DNA of 64,000 bases from Promethearchaeota archaeon. Its GTDB lineage: Archaea; Asgardarchaeota; Lokiarchaeia; Sigyniarchaeales; SOKP01. Where the stretch lies: positions 480,001-544,000 of the forward strand of contig JAHPZA010000010.1 in assembly GCA_019058445.1 (NCBI GenBank), in the 5' to 3' direction. The notes under the pieces were generated by a model that was not told where the DNA came from, did not search any database, and saw nothing but the letters and a program-made list of their open reading frames with translations. Within the stretch, counting starts at the first letter, position 1. Every line of letters starts with the position of its first letter. Of this stretch, positions 27,478 through 37,887 are shown piece after piece. Made by a program: the position numbers and the translations under genes.

Positions 27478-28854
27478 ATGCAATTTAAAATTATACAGAA
27501 GACTCCATTATATAAGGCATTCTCTGAGTTAGGAAAAAGAATATTTCTACCAGATGGTATCTTTTATTGGTCGGGAAGGGCAAAAAAAGAGGCAGAATTA
27601 ATAGGTACTATAGGTTCGGCTTTTGGTTATGAAAAGGACTTTATTGATGGAGGTTCATCTGAATGGGTCCCTTGCTATTTAAAGGATATAAAAAGGTATA
27701 CTAACTTAAGCATTAAAGAAATTGTTCCTTACGCTTCAATTGCAGGTTTACCTGAAATTAGAGAAACATGGAAACAATGGATAATAAAAAAATCCGAATA
27801 TAATGAACGAACAGAGAGTGAGAAATTATCTCGACTTGAGAGATTTATGACAACTCCAAGTATTACAGCGGGGGTTACGAACGGGATTTTCCTTTGTTGC
27901 TCATTATTTCTAAATCCTGGGGAATATATTATCTGTCCAAATAAACGATGGGGAAATTACGATAATATCATCGTAAAAAATATCGGAGCTAAGATAAAAT
28001 CATTTGAGTTTTTCAAGGATGGTAAGTTTAATAATGAGAGTCTAAAGGATGCCATTGATGAAGTTTCAAATGTTCAAGATAAAATTATTATCCTTCTAAA
28101 TTTGCCAAATAATCCAACTGGATATATCCCAACTATAACTGAAGCAAATGAGTTTATAAATTTACTTAGAGAAAGTCAAACATTGGAAAAACCAATCGTT
28201 GTTTTAGTAGATGATGCATATGAACCATATATCTTTGGAGATGACGTGATAGATAAGTCGATCTTCTATAATTTACATCAATTAGATGAAAATATTATCC
28301 CAATCAAATTGGATGGTATAACTAAGGAACTTTTATTATATGGTGGTAGAATAGGTTTTGTTACAATAGGACTTAAACCAAGTTGGGTTTCTAATGATGA
28401 AGAATTAGAAATGTTAAAAAATGAGATAATTAATAAATTAGAAGGTATAAATCGTAGCAGTATTTCGAATTGTAATCATTTTTACCAAGCTATTACTCAA
28501 AAAATCTTTGAAGAAAACAGTATGGATGAAATTTTAGAGACACGTAATAAAGTAAAAACCTTACTTAAAAAGAGGTATGAAAGAATTAATGCTGAGCTTG
28601 CAAAAATTAATAATCCAAATATTTCGGTTGATCCAAATTCAGGCGGGTTTTTCCTGTTTGTAAATCTTAATCCACAAAAAATTAAAGCCTCAGAATTTGC
28701 TGATCATCTTTTAAAAAGATATAAAGTTGGAGTAATACCAATAGAGAAGCTTAATGATAATATAAACGGGATAAGAATTGCTTATTGTTCAATAGACATT
28801 GAGAAAATACCCGAATTTATAAAAAGAATTCAATTAGCACTTCAAGATTTTTAA
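27478..28854 (+). CDS. PLP-dependent aminotransferase class I/II
   Basis: WGNY, PNNPTGY, DDAY, DGITKE...GGRIG, GGFF, RIAY. Confidence 0.9.
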   Translation: MQFKIIQKTPLYKAFSELGKRIFLPDGIFYWSGRAKKEAELIGTIGSAFGYEKDFIDGGSSEWVPCYLKDIKRYTNLSIKEIVPYASIAGLPEIRETWKQWIIKKSEYNERTESEKLSRLERFMTTPSITAGVTNGIFLCCSLFLNPGEYIICPNKRWGNYDNIIVKNIGAKIKSFEFFKDGKFNNESLKDAIDEVSNVQDKIIILLNLPNNPTGYIPTITEANEFINLLRESQTLEKPIVVLVDDAYEPYIFGDDVIDKSIFYNLHQLDENIIPIKLDGITKELLLYGGRIGFVTIGLKPSWVSNDEELEMLKNEIINKLEGINRSSISNCNHFYQAITQKIFEENSMDEILETRNKVKTLLKKRYERINAELAKINNPNISVDPNSGGFFLFVNLNPQKIKASEFADHLLKRYKVGVIPIEKLNDNINGIRIAYCSIDIEKIPEFIKRIQLALQDF

Positions 28855-29017
28855 GTTAATACGATTATCTATTATTGATTTTTTTTTAACTTATTTTTAA
28901 AGATAAATCAAAACATAAGTAGATTTTTAAATAAGAATTTTGTTATTGTAAATATAACTTTAAAAAAAAAAGAGTTGATGTTATATCACAAAATTATACC
29001 TTATTAATAAAGGGGAA

Positions 29018-29977
29018 TTGAACGAAATAAAGAATCCCGTATTCTCTACTGGTGACGTCTATCTCTTAGATGCTGAAAATACAATATATGTATGGATTGG
29101 TACTAAATGCAGTGTCGATGAAAAAACCACTGGCGCTGCAAATGCCCGAAAGTTAGATCAAGAGAGAGGTGGAGCTGCAAAGATTATCACGGTTGATGAG
29201 GGTCAAGAAACTCCAGATTTTCTGAAATCTGTAGCTTCTATGGGAGCAATGAAAGTAGTAACAAAAAATATTGCTAAAACCATGTTGAAAGACGTCGTTA
29301 CAGGTGATTGGGCTCAATTTGCCGAACATAAAAATGTATTATATCGTGTATCGTCTGAAGAATTCGAAAGTATTAATACGATGAAAATGGTTCAAGTACC
29401 TTTCTCAAAAGATCAATTAGACTCCGAGGATTGTTTTGTTGCTGATTTAGGGACTAAAGTATATATTTGGCAAGGTAATGCATGTAGTGTAAAGGAAAAA
29501 GTAAAAGCTGGTGAATGGGCTCGAAAAATTGATGCTGAACGTGCTGGTGCTCAAAATGAAGTGATTTTTGAGGAGGGGAGTGATGCCGAATTTCTTGCTG
29601 CAATTGATAAGGGTGAGGATTATAAAGAATCTGATGCAGTCCAGCTAAGAGCTGAATCAGAACTAGAGCCCGAGACCGAGGCAGATAAAGCTGCTGCTGC
29701 CATTGAACCAGAAATTAAAGCTGAAATAAAAGAAACCCCTGAAATACAAAAAGAGATATCTTCAAGTGCTGCACCGGGAATACCTGGGCAAACTGATGAT
29801 TCCATTATGACAGTCGAAAAAATGGAAGGAAGACGTAAATGTCCTAACTGCGCTAATGAAGATAAGATGATGATTCACGAGTCAGTTGATAAGAGTAATA
29901 TAATTCTTGATTATCCGCGAATGTACGGCAAGAAATATAGATGTGGTCTTTGCGGATGTCTATGGAGAGAAAAATAA
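29018..29977 (+). CDS. Two-domain gelsolin-like protein with C-terminal zinc ribbon
   Basis: Two gelsolin repeats (FSTGDVYLLD..IYVWIG..S.DEK; LDSEDCFVAD..VYIWQG..S.KEK), LKDV linker, and a CPNC...CGLC tail. Confidence 0.9.
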   Translation: MNEIKNPVFSTGDVYLLDAENTIYVWIGTKCSVDEKTTGAANARKLDQERGGAAKIITVDEGQETPDFLKSVASMGAMKVVTKNIAKTMLKDVVTGDWAQFAEHKNVLYRVSSEEFESINTMKMVQVPFSKDQLDSEDCFVADLGTKVYIWQGNACSVKEKVKAGEWARKIDAERAGAQNEVIFEEGSDAEFLAAIDKGEDYKESDAVQLRAESELEPETEADKAAAAIEPEIKAEIKETPEIQKEISSSAAPGIPGQTDDSIMTVEKMEGRRKCPNCANEDKMMIHESVDKSNIILDYPRMYGKKYRCGLCGCLWREK

Positions 29978-30142
29978 AAATTTTATATATTTTCTTTTTA
30001 TCTTTTTTAATTCTTGAAACGGAATAGATTGAATTAATTAGTTTTTGACCTATCTTAATACTTTAGTTTGTTTTTTTAATGAGGAATAAATTATTAAAGT
30101 ATCTAAGTTATTTTGAGAATAATTCATAAGGAGCAAATTGCT

Positions 30143-31411
30143 ATGAAAGAAAGGATTGAAACCCTTTATAATATTGCAACTAAAAAATATGAAGAGTTAG
30201 GGATTGATACTGAAGGAGTGTTAAGGAATTTACAGAAAATACCTCTTTCAATTCATTGTTGGCAAGGAGATGATGTTGGCGGATTTGAAAAACCAAATGC
30301 GAAGTTAAGCGGCGGTGGAATTCTTGCGACAGGGAATTATTTGGGAAAAGCAAACACTATACAAGAACTCCAACAAGATTTCGAAAAAGTAATGTCTTTA
30401 GTTCCAGGAGAAAACCATCGTTGGAATTTGCATTCCTCTTATGGAGATTTTGGTGGGAAATTTATTGAAAGAAATGAGTTTTCGCCTGAACATTTCCAAG
30501 GCTGGATTGAGTGGGCAAAAGAGAATAAAGTGAAGTTGGATTTAAATAGTACTCTCTTTTCTCATCCTAAAGCTAATGATGGTTTTACATTAAGTAGCAA
30601 ATCGAAAGCTATTCGAGAATTTTGGATTGAACATGTACAGAGATGCAGGGAAATAAGCGCTGAAATAGGAAAAAAATTGGGAGATCCTTGTATTCATAAT
30701 TTATGGATTCCTGATGGATCTAAGGACATCCCAGTTGACCGCATGGGACATAGACAGTTATTAAAAGAATCTCTTGATGATATTTTAGGAAAAAAATACT
30801 CGAATTCAGTGATGAAAGATTCTTTAGAGGGTAAACTATTTGGTATTGGAAGTGAAGCTTTTGTAGTAGGGAGCCATGAGTTTTATTTGAGCTATGCTAT
30901 TGCCAATAAAATAATGGTGACTATTGACACGGGTCATTTTCATCCTACAGAATCAGTTGGAGATAAAATTTCAGCAATAATGCCGTTTTTACCCGAATTA
31001 ATGCTTCATATTAGTAGAGGTTTACGATGGGACAGTGATCATGTAGTAATTGTGAGTGATGATTTAATTCAGTTATTTGAGGAAATAATCAGAAGTCAAG
31101 CGTTAGAAAGAATTCATTTAGGGTTAGATTTTTTCGATCCTTCTATTAATCGTATTGGTGCGTGGGTTATAGGGGCTCGAGCCACGAAAAAAGCGTTATT
31201 ATATGCACTTTTACAACCAATTGAAATTTTAAAAGAATATGAAGAAAATGGCCAAAACTTCCAACGACTCGCACTTTTAGAAGAATTAAAAATCCTTCCC
31301 TTTGGTGCCATATGGGATTATTTTTGCCTTACCAATGATGTGCCAGTGGGTATTAAGTGGATAAAAGAAATTGAGGATTATGAAATAAACGTATTAAAGG
31401 AGAGAATCTAA
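30143..31411 (+). CDS. rhaA: L-rhamnose isomerase
   Basis: SIHCWQGDDVGGFE, WIPDG, KLFGIG.E..VGSHEF, GHFHPTE, RWDSDHV, GLDFFD.SINRI. ATG 30143 preferred to TTG 30113. Confidence 0.95.
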   Translation: MKERIETLYNIATKKYEELGIDTEGVLRNLQKIPLSIHCWQGDDVGGFEKPNAKLSGGGILATGNYLGKANTIQELQQDFEKVMSLVPGENHRWNLHSSYGDFGGKFIERNEFSPEHFQGWIEWAKENKVKLDLNSTLFSHPKANDGFTLSSKSKAIREFWIEHVQRCREISAEIGKKLGDPCIHNLWIPDGSKDIPVDRMGHRQLLKESLDDILGKKYSNSVMKDSLEGKLFGIGSEAFVVGSHEFYLSYAIANKIMVTIDTGHFHPTESVGDKISAIMPFLPELMLHISRGLRWDSDHVVIVSDDLIQLFEEIIRSQALERIHLGLDFFDPSINRIGAWVIGARATKKALLYALLQPIEILKEYEENGQNFQRLALLEELKILPFGAIWDYFCLTNDVPVGIKWIKEIEDYEINVLKERI

Positions 31412-31418
31412 AGAGATT

Positions 31419-32852
31419 ATGTTAGATCTAAAATCTAATAAATTTGGAATAATAGATCCACTTGCAAGAGCACGACTTTTAGTTCATTCTGACATAGGAA
31501 ATGAACCAGATGATCAACAATCTTTAGTGAGATTACTTACCTATGCAAACGAATTCGACATTGAGGGCTTAGTCCCATGTACATCTATGTGGCAAAGAAA
31601 TATCTTAAGGCGAGATTTGATGGAGCAAATAATTGAAGCTTACAGCGGAGAACCACGGGATAATTTGATGAAACATACAGGAGATTATTTTCCAACAAAA
31701 GAAGAACTTTTTGCCATTTTAAAAGATGGCTCTACTGAATATGGAATGGCAGGAGTAGGTCCTGGGAAAGATACTGAAGGATCTGAATTGACGATTAAAG
31801 TCATAGATAAAGAGGATCCAAGACCTATTTGGGTGACTCTTTGGGGCGGTGCAAATGTATTGGCTCAAGCAATATGGAAAGTACGAGAAACACGCACAGA
31901 AAAAGAATTGACTAAATTTATCCGTAAAATAAGGGTATATTGTCATGTTGATCAGGATCATGCATCCCATTGGTTAAAAGATACATTTCCAGAGTTATTT
32001 TATATCAATACTCCTTTTGATATTCCCCATACAGAGGTCAATAAAGAATTTATAGCAGTTGCAGGGGAAAATCATCGTAAGGCAACGTGGGCAGGAATAT
32101 CTGGAGAGTTGTTCTATAGATTTAAGGGAGGTCCAGATTCTTCTTTAATAACAAATAAGTGGTTAAGAGACAATATCCGGAAGGATCATGGTCCCTTAGG
32201 TAAAGTTTATCCAAGAACGTTATTTGCAATGGAAACAGATACACAGACGTATCTGTGGCTTATTCCCAACGGCTTAAGAAGCATTCAGAGCCCTACTTTT
32301 GGAGGGTGGGGCGGAAGATATGAACTCCGTCAACCTAATAGAGAAAAAAGACCAATTTTTACGGATTCCTGGGATGAGGTAGTGGTTGGAGATGGTCCAG
32401 GAGAACTTAAAGGGGATGTTCCTGGAGTATATCGCTCGAATCAGGCGACAATTTGGCGCTGGAGGGAGGGGTATCAGCATGACTTTGCCGCACGCATAGA
32501 CTGGGCAGCTACATCGAATTATAACAAAATAAACCATCCTCCTAAAGTTGTTGTTAAAGGTGATTTGGACAAAGAAGTAAATGGGAATGATATCATTCAA
32601 TTGGATGCTACTGAAAGTTCAGATCCCGATGGGGATGACCTTCATTTCCACTGGTTCTATTATAAGGAGGCAGGAACCTATTCAGGTGATGTAAAGATTC
32701 GAGAGCCCTTTAAAGCGAAAACTACGATATCATTTGAAAATACCAAAAAGTCAGGTCTCGTTCACATCATTTTAGATGTGAAAGATAATGGTAAACCATG
32801 CCTTCACAGATATGCACGTTTTATTTTATTAGTTGAGGAGAGTAAAATATAA
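31419..32852 (+). CDS. DUF1593 (nucleoside-hydrolase-like) protein with C-terminal Ig-like domain
   Basis: DIGNEPDDQQSLVRLL.YANEFDIEG, WGGANVLAQA, GGWGGRY, DFAARIDW, SSDPDGD. Confidence 0.88.
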   Translation: MLDLKSNKFGIIDPLARARLLVHSDIGNEPDDQQSLVRLLTYANEFDIEGLVPCTSMWQRNILRRDLMEQIIEAYSGEPRDNLMKHTGDYFPTKEELFAILKDGSTEYGMAGVGPGKDTEGSELTIKVIDKEDPRPIWVTLWGGANVLAQAIWKVRETRTEKELTKFIRKIRVYCHVDQDHASHWLKDTFPELFYINTPFDIPHTEVNKEFIAVAGENHRKATWAGISGELFYRFKGGPDSSLITNKWLRDNIRKDHGPLGKVYPRTLFAMETDTQTYLWLIPNGLRSIQSPTFGGWGGRYELRQPNREKRPIFTDSWDEVVVGDGPGELKGDVPGVYRSNQATIWRWREGYQHDFAARIDWAATSNYNKINHPPKVVVKGDLDKEVNGNDIIQLDATESSDPDGDDLHFHWFYYKEAGTYSGDVKIREPFKAKTTISFENTKKSGLVHIILDVKDNGKPCLHRYARFILLVEESKI

Positions 32853-32904
32853 TTTAACTTATTCCAAAATAAATGTGATGAATAGAAAAGGAGAGAAAAT
32901 TTAA

Positions 32905-34236
32905 TTAAGTACCTTTTGCCAAATCTCTACGCATTAATTTAATTTTCTTTTTGAGATCAACTAATTCGTTATCCTTTTCATCTAGTTTTGTTTCAAGTTT
33001 TAAACTTTCATCTTTAGCTTTTTGTAAATCATTCAATATTTTATCTTCAATTCTTTCTGACTCATATAATTTTTTGCTTAGTTCATCATTTTTTTGGTTT
33101 AGCGAATCTATCTCAGAATCTTTTTCTTGTATCATTTTGTCTTTTTCATTCAATTGAATATCAAATTGAGCTGAACCTTTCTGAGTATTATCAAGTTTCT
33201 CTTCAATATGGCGGATTAACTCTTCATTTGCAATTAGTTTTTGGGTTTTTTCTTCAATTTCAATAGCCAATGATTTAATTCGTTCTTCTTTTTTTTCTAA
33301 GTCCTTTTTTAATAGATTAAAAGTTTCTAATTGCTGCTGCAGATCAGCAATTTTTTGATTTGCTGAAGTCAGATTTTTTTCATTTTCAAAAATAGCTTTT
33401 TCTTTCTCTGTGATAATTTCATCTTTTTTCTCTAATAATAGCTGGGTCTTATCGAATTTAGATTTTTGAACCGTATCCTTTTCGAGATAACTAATTTGTT
33501 CTTCTAAAGTTCTAATTTTTTTCGCTTTTTCTTCTAATTGCTTAATTAAGTTTTCATTTTCAACTTTATTTTGATTAATTTGAGTGGTTAAATCTTCAAT
33601 TTTTTGATTTTGATTAGTTATAGTTATATTTAAATTTTCAAGTTGAGCAATATGATCTTCCATAACCTTAATTTTATTATCTTTTTCCTGAAGTGATGAG
33701 TATATCTCTTGGATATATTTTTGCTTATCTTCAACTGAAATACTTAACTCCTCAATTTTATGAGATTGTTCATTTATTAAAGAAGTCAAATTCATTATTT
33801 CTTCATCCTTGTGCTTTATGATTTCATTTAATTCATGGATGGCTTGAACCTGAGCTCCACTTGCCTCGTTACTTTTTGAGTAATTTTGAATTTCATTTTC
33901 TAATTGTTGAATTCTTACATTCCTTTCAGCTATAACTTTATCTTTATCTTTTAAAATTTCAATATTAGCCTCTCTATGATCCTTTAAATTCCTCTTAATT
34001 TCCTCGATTTCACCTTGCAAATTTGTGTTTTTTGTCTCTAACGCTTCCTTCTCTTTAAGAACGTCATTTATTTGATCAGTTAACTTCTCATTTTGCTCAG
34101 TTAATAAATTGAGCTGTTCTTGAAGAGGTTTTTCGGATTTAATTTGTTCTCCTTTGTCCTTTTCTTCTTCAACCCATCCTAGGGCAGAGAGTGCTTCAGT
34201 GATAGATTTTTCCTCACTTTCACGGTCATCTGGCAA
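32905..34236 (-). CDS. Long coiled-coil protein
   Basis: About 400 aa of heptad-rich E/K/Q/L sequence behind a short ALSALGW N-terminal motif. Confidence 0.82.
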   Translation of the reverse strand: MPDDRESEEKSITEALSALGWVEEEKDKGEQIKSEKPLQEQLNLLTEQNEKLTDQINDVLKEKEALETKNTNLQGEIEEIKRNLKDHREANIEILKDKDKVIAERNVRIQQLENEIQNYSKSNEASGAQVQAIHELNEIIKHKDEEIMNLTSLINEQSHKIEELSISVEDKQKYIQEIYSSLQEKDNKIKVMEDHIAQLENLNITITNQNQKIEDLTTQINQNKVENENLIKQLEEKAKKIRTLEEQISYLEKDTVQKSKFDKTQLLLEKKDEIITEKEKAIFENEKNLTSANQKIADLQQQLETFNLLKKDLEKKEERIKSLAIEIEEKTQKLIANEELIRHIEEKLDNTQKGSAQFDIQLNEKDKMIQEKDSEIDSLNQKNDELSKKLYESERIEDKILNDLQKAKDESLKLETKLDEKDNELVDLKKKIKLMRRDLAKGT

Positions 34237-34461
34237 ATTTATATCCTCTCTTTTAACACTATATTCTTAACAAATAATTACAATTGATTATATCGTAATT
34301 AAATCTATTAAATTTTTTCATTCTTATTTGTAATTTACACCTAAAAAGTCATAATTTACGAATGAGAATCTTTCTACTCATCATCTAATTTGAATTTTAC
34401 TTCTAATATATCTTTCTTTATTTGTTTGAGCTCTTTATATTCACATTTCTTGTTTATTTAG

Positions 34462-34956
34462 CTATTTTAGTATAAAAACGTACTTGCGATCTAATAGGAA
34501 TTTAGTTAAGTAACCACAAGATAAGGCTACCACCATACTTATTTCTAATGGAGTGTGTAAGAAATTAGTCATTAGAAACTGTATCCCTATATTCTCAATA
34601 GTAGTAATAATAGCAAAAAAGAAATATTTAAAGAACTCCTCCGAAGTTTCTTTTAATTGAAACGCAGTACTTTTAAAAACTATAAACTTATCTAATATGA
34701 ACTTTACGAGGTATGTTACTCCTACGGCAACGATCGAACCAATCAATTCAGGCATATTATATGGACTAGTTGAACAATAAAAATTTTGAATAAAATCAAT
34801 ATCACTAAAATTTTGACAAATAATTGGAGCAAAATACAATTGATTTGATTTTTGAATTAAGTAATTTAAGCAAATCATAGCTATAGCAAATGAAAAGTAG
34901 AGAATCATTTGCTTTTTAATATTTTCATGATTTTCAATATCTTTGTTTTCTTGCAT
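34462..34956 (-). CDS. GtrA-like membrane protein
   Basis: Repeated KFILDK.IVF / KFLLDRKYVF motif; four TM segments. Confidence 0.75.
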   Translation of the reverse strand: MQENKDIENHENIKKQMILYFSFAIAMICLNYLIQKSNQLYFAPIICQNFSDIDFIQNFYCSTSPYNMPELIGSIVAVGVTYLVKFILDKFIVFKSTAFQLKETSEEFFKYFFFAIITTIENIGIQFLMTNFLHTPLEISMVVALSCGYLTKFLLDRKYVFILK

Positions 34957-34959
34957 ATT

Positions 34960-35262
34960 TTACCTCATTTCATCATTATTTAGCTTAGCACCACAATGAT
35001 AGCAAAATTTAGCAACTGATTCTTTGATTTCGCCTCCGCATACAGGACACTTTCTTAAAGTTTGAACATACGGTTCATAAAGAGATTGCTGTGTAGCGTA
35101 GGGCCGGCTTCTCTTTTTAAATAAAAATGGTAACCAACAGATTATGGGCAAAAAGAAAAAAGGAATTGCATACCATACATTAAGTATTAAGGATAATACC
35201 AAAAAAAAGATAGTTATTATAATAAATATAATGTTAATGAGTATAATTCGTCTTCTATTCAT
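34960..35262 (-). CDS. Small membrane protein with double zinc ribbon
   Basis: Two TMs followed by CPVCG...AKFCYHCG. Confidence 0.8.
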   Translation of the reverse strand: MNRRRIILINIIFIIITIFFLVLSLILNVWYAIPFFFLPIICWLPFLFKKRSRPYATQQSLYEPYVQTLRKCPVCGGEIKESVAKFCYHCGAKLNNDEMR

Positions 35263-35292
35263 TTTTATAGCTTTTACTTCTGTAATTCTTAA

Positions 35293-35919
35293 TTATTCAT
35301 CTTTTATTTTATCTTTCCAAGATTCAGTTTGCTCATTCTCATCTGGTTCTTGAGCTTCCATATCAACAAGAGGAAGTGTTTGAGAATCAGAATTTTCTAA
35401 GGTTGTATCTTGGATTGGGCTTGATACATGAAATGGTCCCATTCCTTGTTGAGTCCCTCCTAAAGAGCCCATAAGATCTCTAAATTGGTCTTTCTTGGAT
35501 TCTTTTCCAGTGAGTTTCAAAACCAATTTCCTTATTCCAAACGCTAATAAGGAAAATCCTAAAGAAAAGCCAAAATAAACCCAAAACCAGTATTCATACA
35601 TTCCAAATTGAAAAGAGAGTAAAGCAAATATCCCCAAAAATATAACGCATCTAATAGCCATAGGAGCTAATTGCTTTTTTAACATAGTTTTCATTAATTG
35701 CATTGTTTCTTGCTGCAATTGAAGCATAAGAGTTTGATCTCCTAAAATTTGAGCCTGTCGTAATCGTTGTTGAAGATTTCGTGCATCATCCCTTATTTTT
35801 TTCATCACGTCTGGTTTTAAACCAAGTATCCAATTCAAGATATATCCAAATAAGACTAATCCAATGGAAATCCACATTAATTGAAAAATGATATCCGTTG
35901 TTAGTGGTTCAAGAGCCAT
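35293..35919 (-). CDS. DUF106 / EMC3-TMCO1 (Oxa1 superfamily) membrane insertase-like protein
   Basis: TM1, coiled coil (LQQRLRQAQILGD...LQQETMQLM..M..Q..PM), TM2, W.W.Y...S, TM3. Confidence 0.75.
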   Translation of the reverse strand: MALEPLTTDIIFQLMWISIGLVLFGYILNWILGLKPDVMKKIRDDARNLQQRLRQAQILGDQTLMLQLQQETMQLMKTMLKKQLAPMAIRCVIFLGIFALLSFQFGMYEYWFWVYFGFSLGFSLLAFGIRKLVLKLTGKESKKDQFRDLMGSLGGTQQGMGPFHVSSPIQDTTLENSDSQTLPLVDMEAQEPDENEQTESWKDKIKDE

Positions 35920-36033
35920 AATAAAATCACTATATTAAAGAAATTAGTATAAAATAATAATTTTTGTATAAAGTACTACCAGAACTTAAGATTTTAAGCT
36001 AAACGTATTGCTTTCTATTAACTGTATCATGAT

Positions 36034-37059
36034 TTATCTTAAGTTTCCTGATAAGTAGCCCATTAAATATTTGGAATAAAGAGTTTTAAATTTAGTAGGT
36101 ATTGAAGCCATTATAGCACACCCTAACCGGCATCCGTCACAAAAATCAAAATTATCATGATTTTTCATGATTTCTGTTACTTCTTCACTATTATAGACAT
36201 TGGAAAGCGTATGATTAAACGGATTAAAGCTTAATATTGGATGAATTTTACATGGATAATCTATGTCCCCATTATGCCTAATAAACATATATGTTTCAGC
36301 GACATGGCAACGCAGAATTTTTTGATGCTTTGGAACTCCACCAAACCCCCCTTTTTCTACAATCTCAATACTTACAGGATCAGTTAAGATATTTCTAAAT
36401 TTGGTTCTCAACTCTCGGATCTTATTTGCCCAAATAGACAGATCTGGAATTAATTCTTGTATATGTTCTACTCGATAACTCTCTCCTGAAATGTCCCAAA
36501 CGATATCTTCTGCGGGATATAATTCTACAGAACACGCTAACTTTTCTGCTAATTCACAGATATTTTCTAATAAATGTAGATTATCTTTCATTACTACGGT
36601 GCTTATAATGACTTTGATATCTTTTTTGTTAGCTATGTTAATGGATTCAATAACTTTATCGAATACTTTAATTCCCCTTGATTTGTTATGCATTTCTGCT
36701 GTTGGATAATCTAGTGATGTTAATATAAAGTCTAATCCTTCCAATTTTGGTAATATTTTTGGAAGTAAATAGCCATTAGAAGTGATTCCATTAATAAAAT
36801 TATGCTCAACTCCCATATGATAGACTATTTCAGGGAGATCTTTTCTCAATGTAGGCTCACCTCCAGTTATGGAGAGGGTATTTACTCCGATTTCAGCCAA
36901 TTGATCTATTAGATTTTTTATCTGTACTGTATTCATCTCATTGTGTATATATGATTCTGGTAGGGAACTTACAGTACAAAATGAGCAATAAGCGTTACAC
37001 CTTAGAGTGATCTCAATTTGGGCTGAATACGGTGTTTTTCTACTTGAAATGTGATTCAA
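36034..37059 (-). CDS. Radical SAM protein with C-terminal SPASM/twitch-like Cys
   Basis: CNAYCSFC, TGGEP, TSNG; C-terminal C...G...PC...CDGC...C. Confidence 0.9.
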   Translation of the reverse strand: MNHISSRKTPYSAQIEITLRCNAYCSFCTVSSLPESYIHNEMNTVQIKNLIDQLAEIGVNTLSITGGEPTLRKDLPEIVYHMGVEHNFINGITSNGYLLPKILPKLEGLDFILTSLDYPTAEMHNKSRGIKVFDKVIESINIANKKDIKVIISTVVMKDNLHLLENICELAEKLACSVELYPAEDIVWDISGESYRVEHIQELIPDLSIWANKIRELRTKFRNILTDPVSIEIVEKGGFGGVPKHQKILRCHVAETYMFIRHNGDIDYPCKIHPILSFNPFNHTLSNVYNSEEVTEIMKNHDNFDFCDGCRLGCAIMASIPTKFKTLYSKYLMGYLSGNLR

Positions 37060-37308
37060 TAAGTAGGTTCTTAAGTATTGTAAGTAAGTTTTTAACCGAA
37101 TATGTGGAATATGATAACACCGTACTTTTTTGAATTAAGATAATTTAGTCTGTTAAATTTAAAAAATTTTATTTGAGAGGTATTAAAAAAATTGCTATTA
37201 AACTACTTAAATATAATTTTAATATATTATTCTTAGAATTTGATAAAAGATTATTAGTAAAAAAGGAAAAAAAAGAAAATAAATTTAACCTAGAGTGCTT
37301 TAAAAGCC

Positions 37309-37656
37309 TTAAGATTCATTTCCACAACTTTTACATATATAGCGTTTAGCATAAATCTTGATTCCTCCCATCTGGTGGAGGACATTGCTCTTATCTTCCT
37401 CTGTCTTGAAAGCTGTACCACCGCATTTTGTACATACTCTTCTCCCCTCTACAGGTGGCTTTTCTTTCATTTTTTCTTCTTCCTCTTGTTTTTCAACAAG
37501 AGCTGAAGGTTTAACAGTAGAAGCTGCTGATGCTGTACTTGTAGCAGCGGGTGTTGGTTGAGGAGCAGGCGCTTTACTTCCCATCTCCAGGACTTTATCA
37601 AGCTTTTGATCTATTTTTTTTAACATTTCTATTACTTTTTCTTCGAACTCTGACAA
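37309..37656 (-). CDS. Short coiled coil + low-complexity linker + zinc ribbon protein
   Basis: EGRRVCTKC...DKSN...YAKRYICKSCG; the same module ends the gelsolin protein. Confidence 0.82.
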   Translation of the reverse strand: MSEFEEKVIEMLKKIDQKLDKVLEMGSKAPAPQPTPAATSTASAASTVKPSALVEKQEEEEKMKEKPPVEGRRVCTKCGGTAFKTEEDKSNVLHQMGGIKIYAKRYICKSCGNES

Positions 37657-37887
37657 AATTAGTCTCCTCTTTTTTTTAAGAATTTTGTTTCTAAAAAAGA
37701 AGTAATAGAAGTTTTTTAAAAATTTAAGTAAAAAGAAAAATGGGATTTTGTGAATTAAATAAGAGAATATAATTTAGAAAACCACAAAGAACGCATTAAA
37801 ACATTAAAGATATAAATAGTGAGAAAACAAACTTTATTTAATATCAATTTAAATGTTTAAACTATAATAAAATGGAGTAAAAACACA

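Noticed and set aside
32905-34236. SMC or intermediate-filament assignment for the coiled-coil proteins
   Set aside because: No Walker motifs, hinge or filament consensus; only generic heptads.
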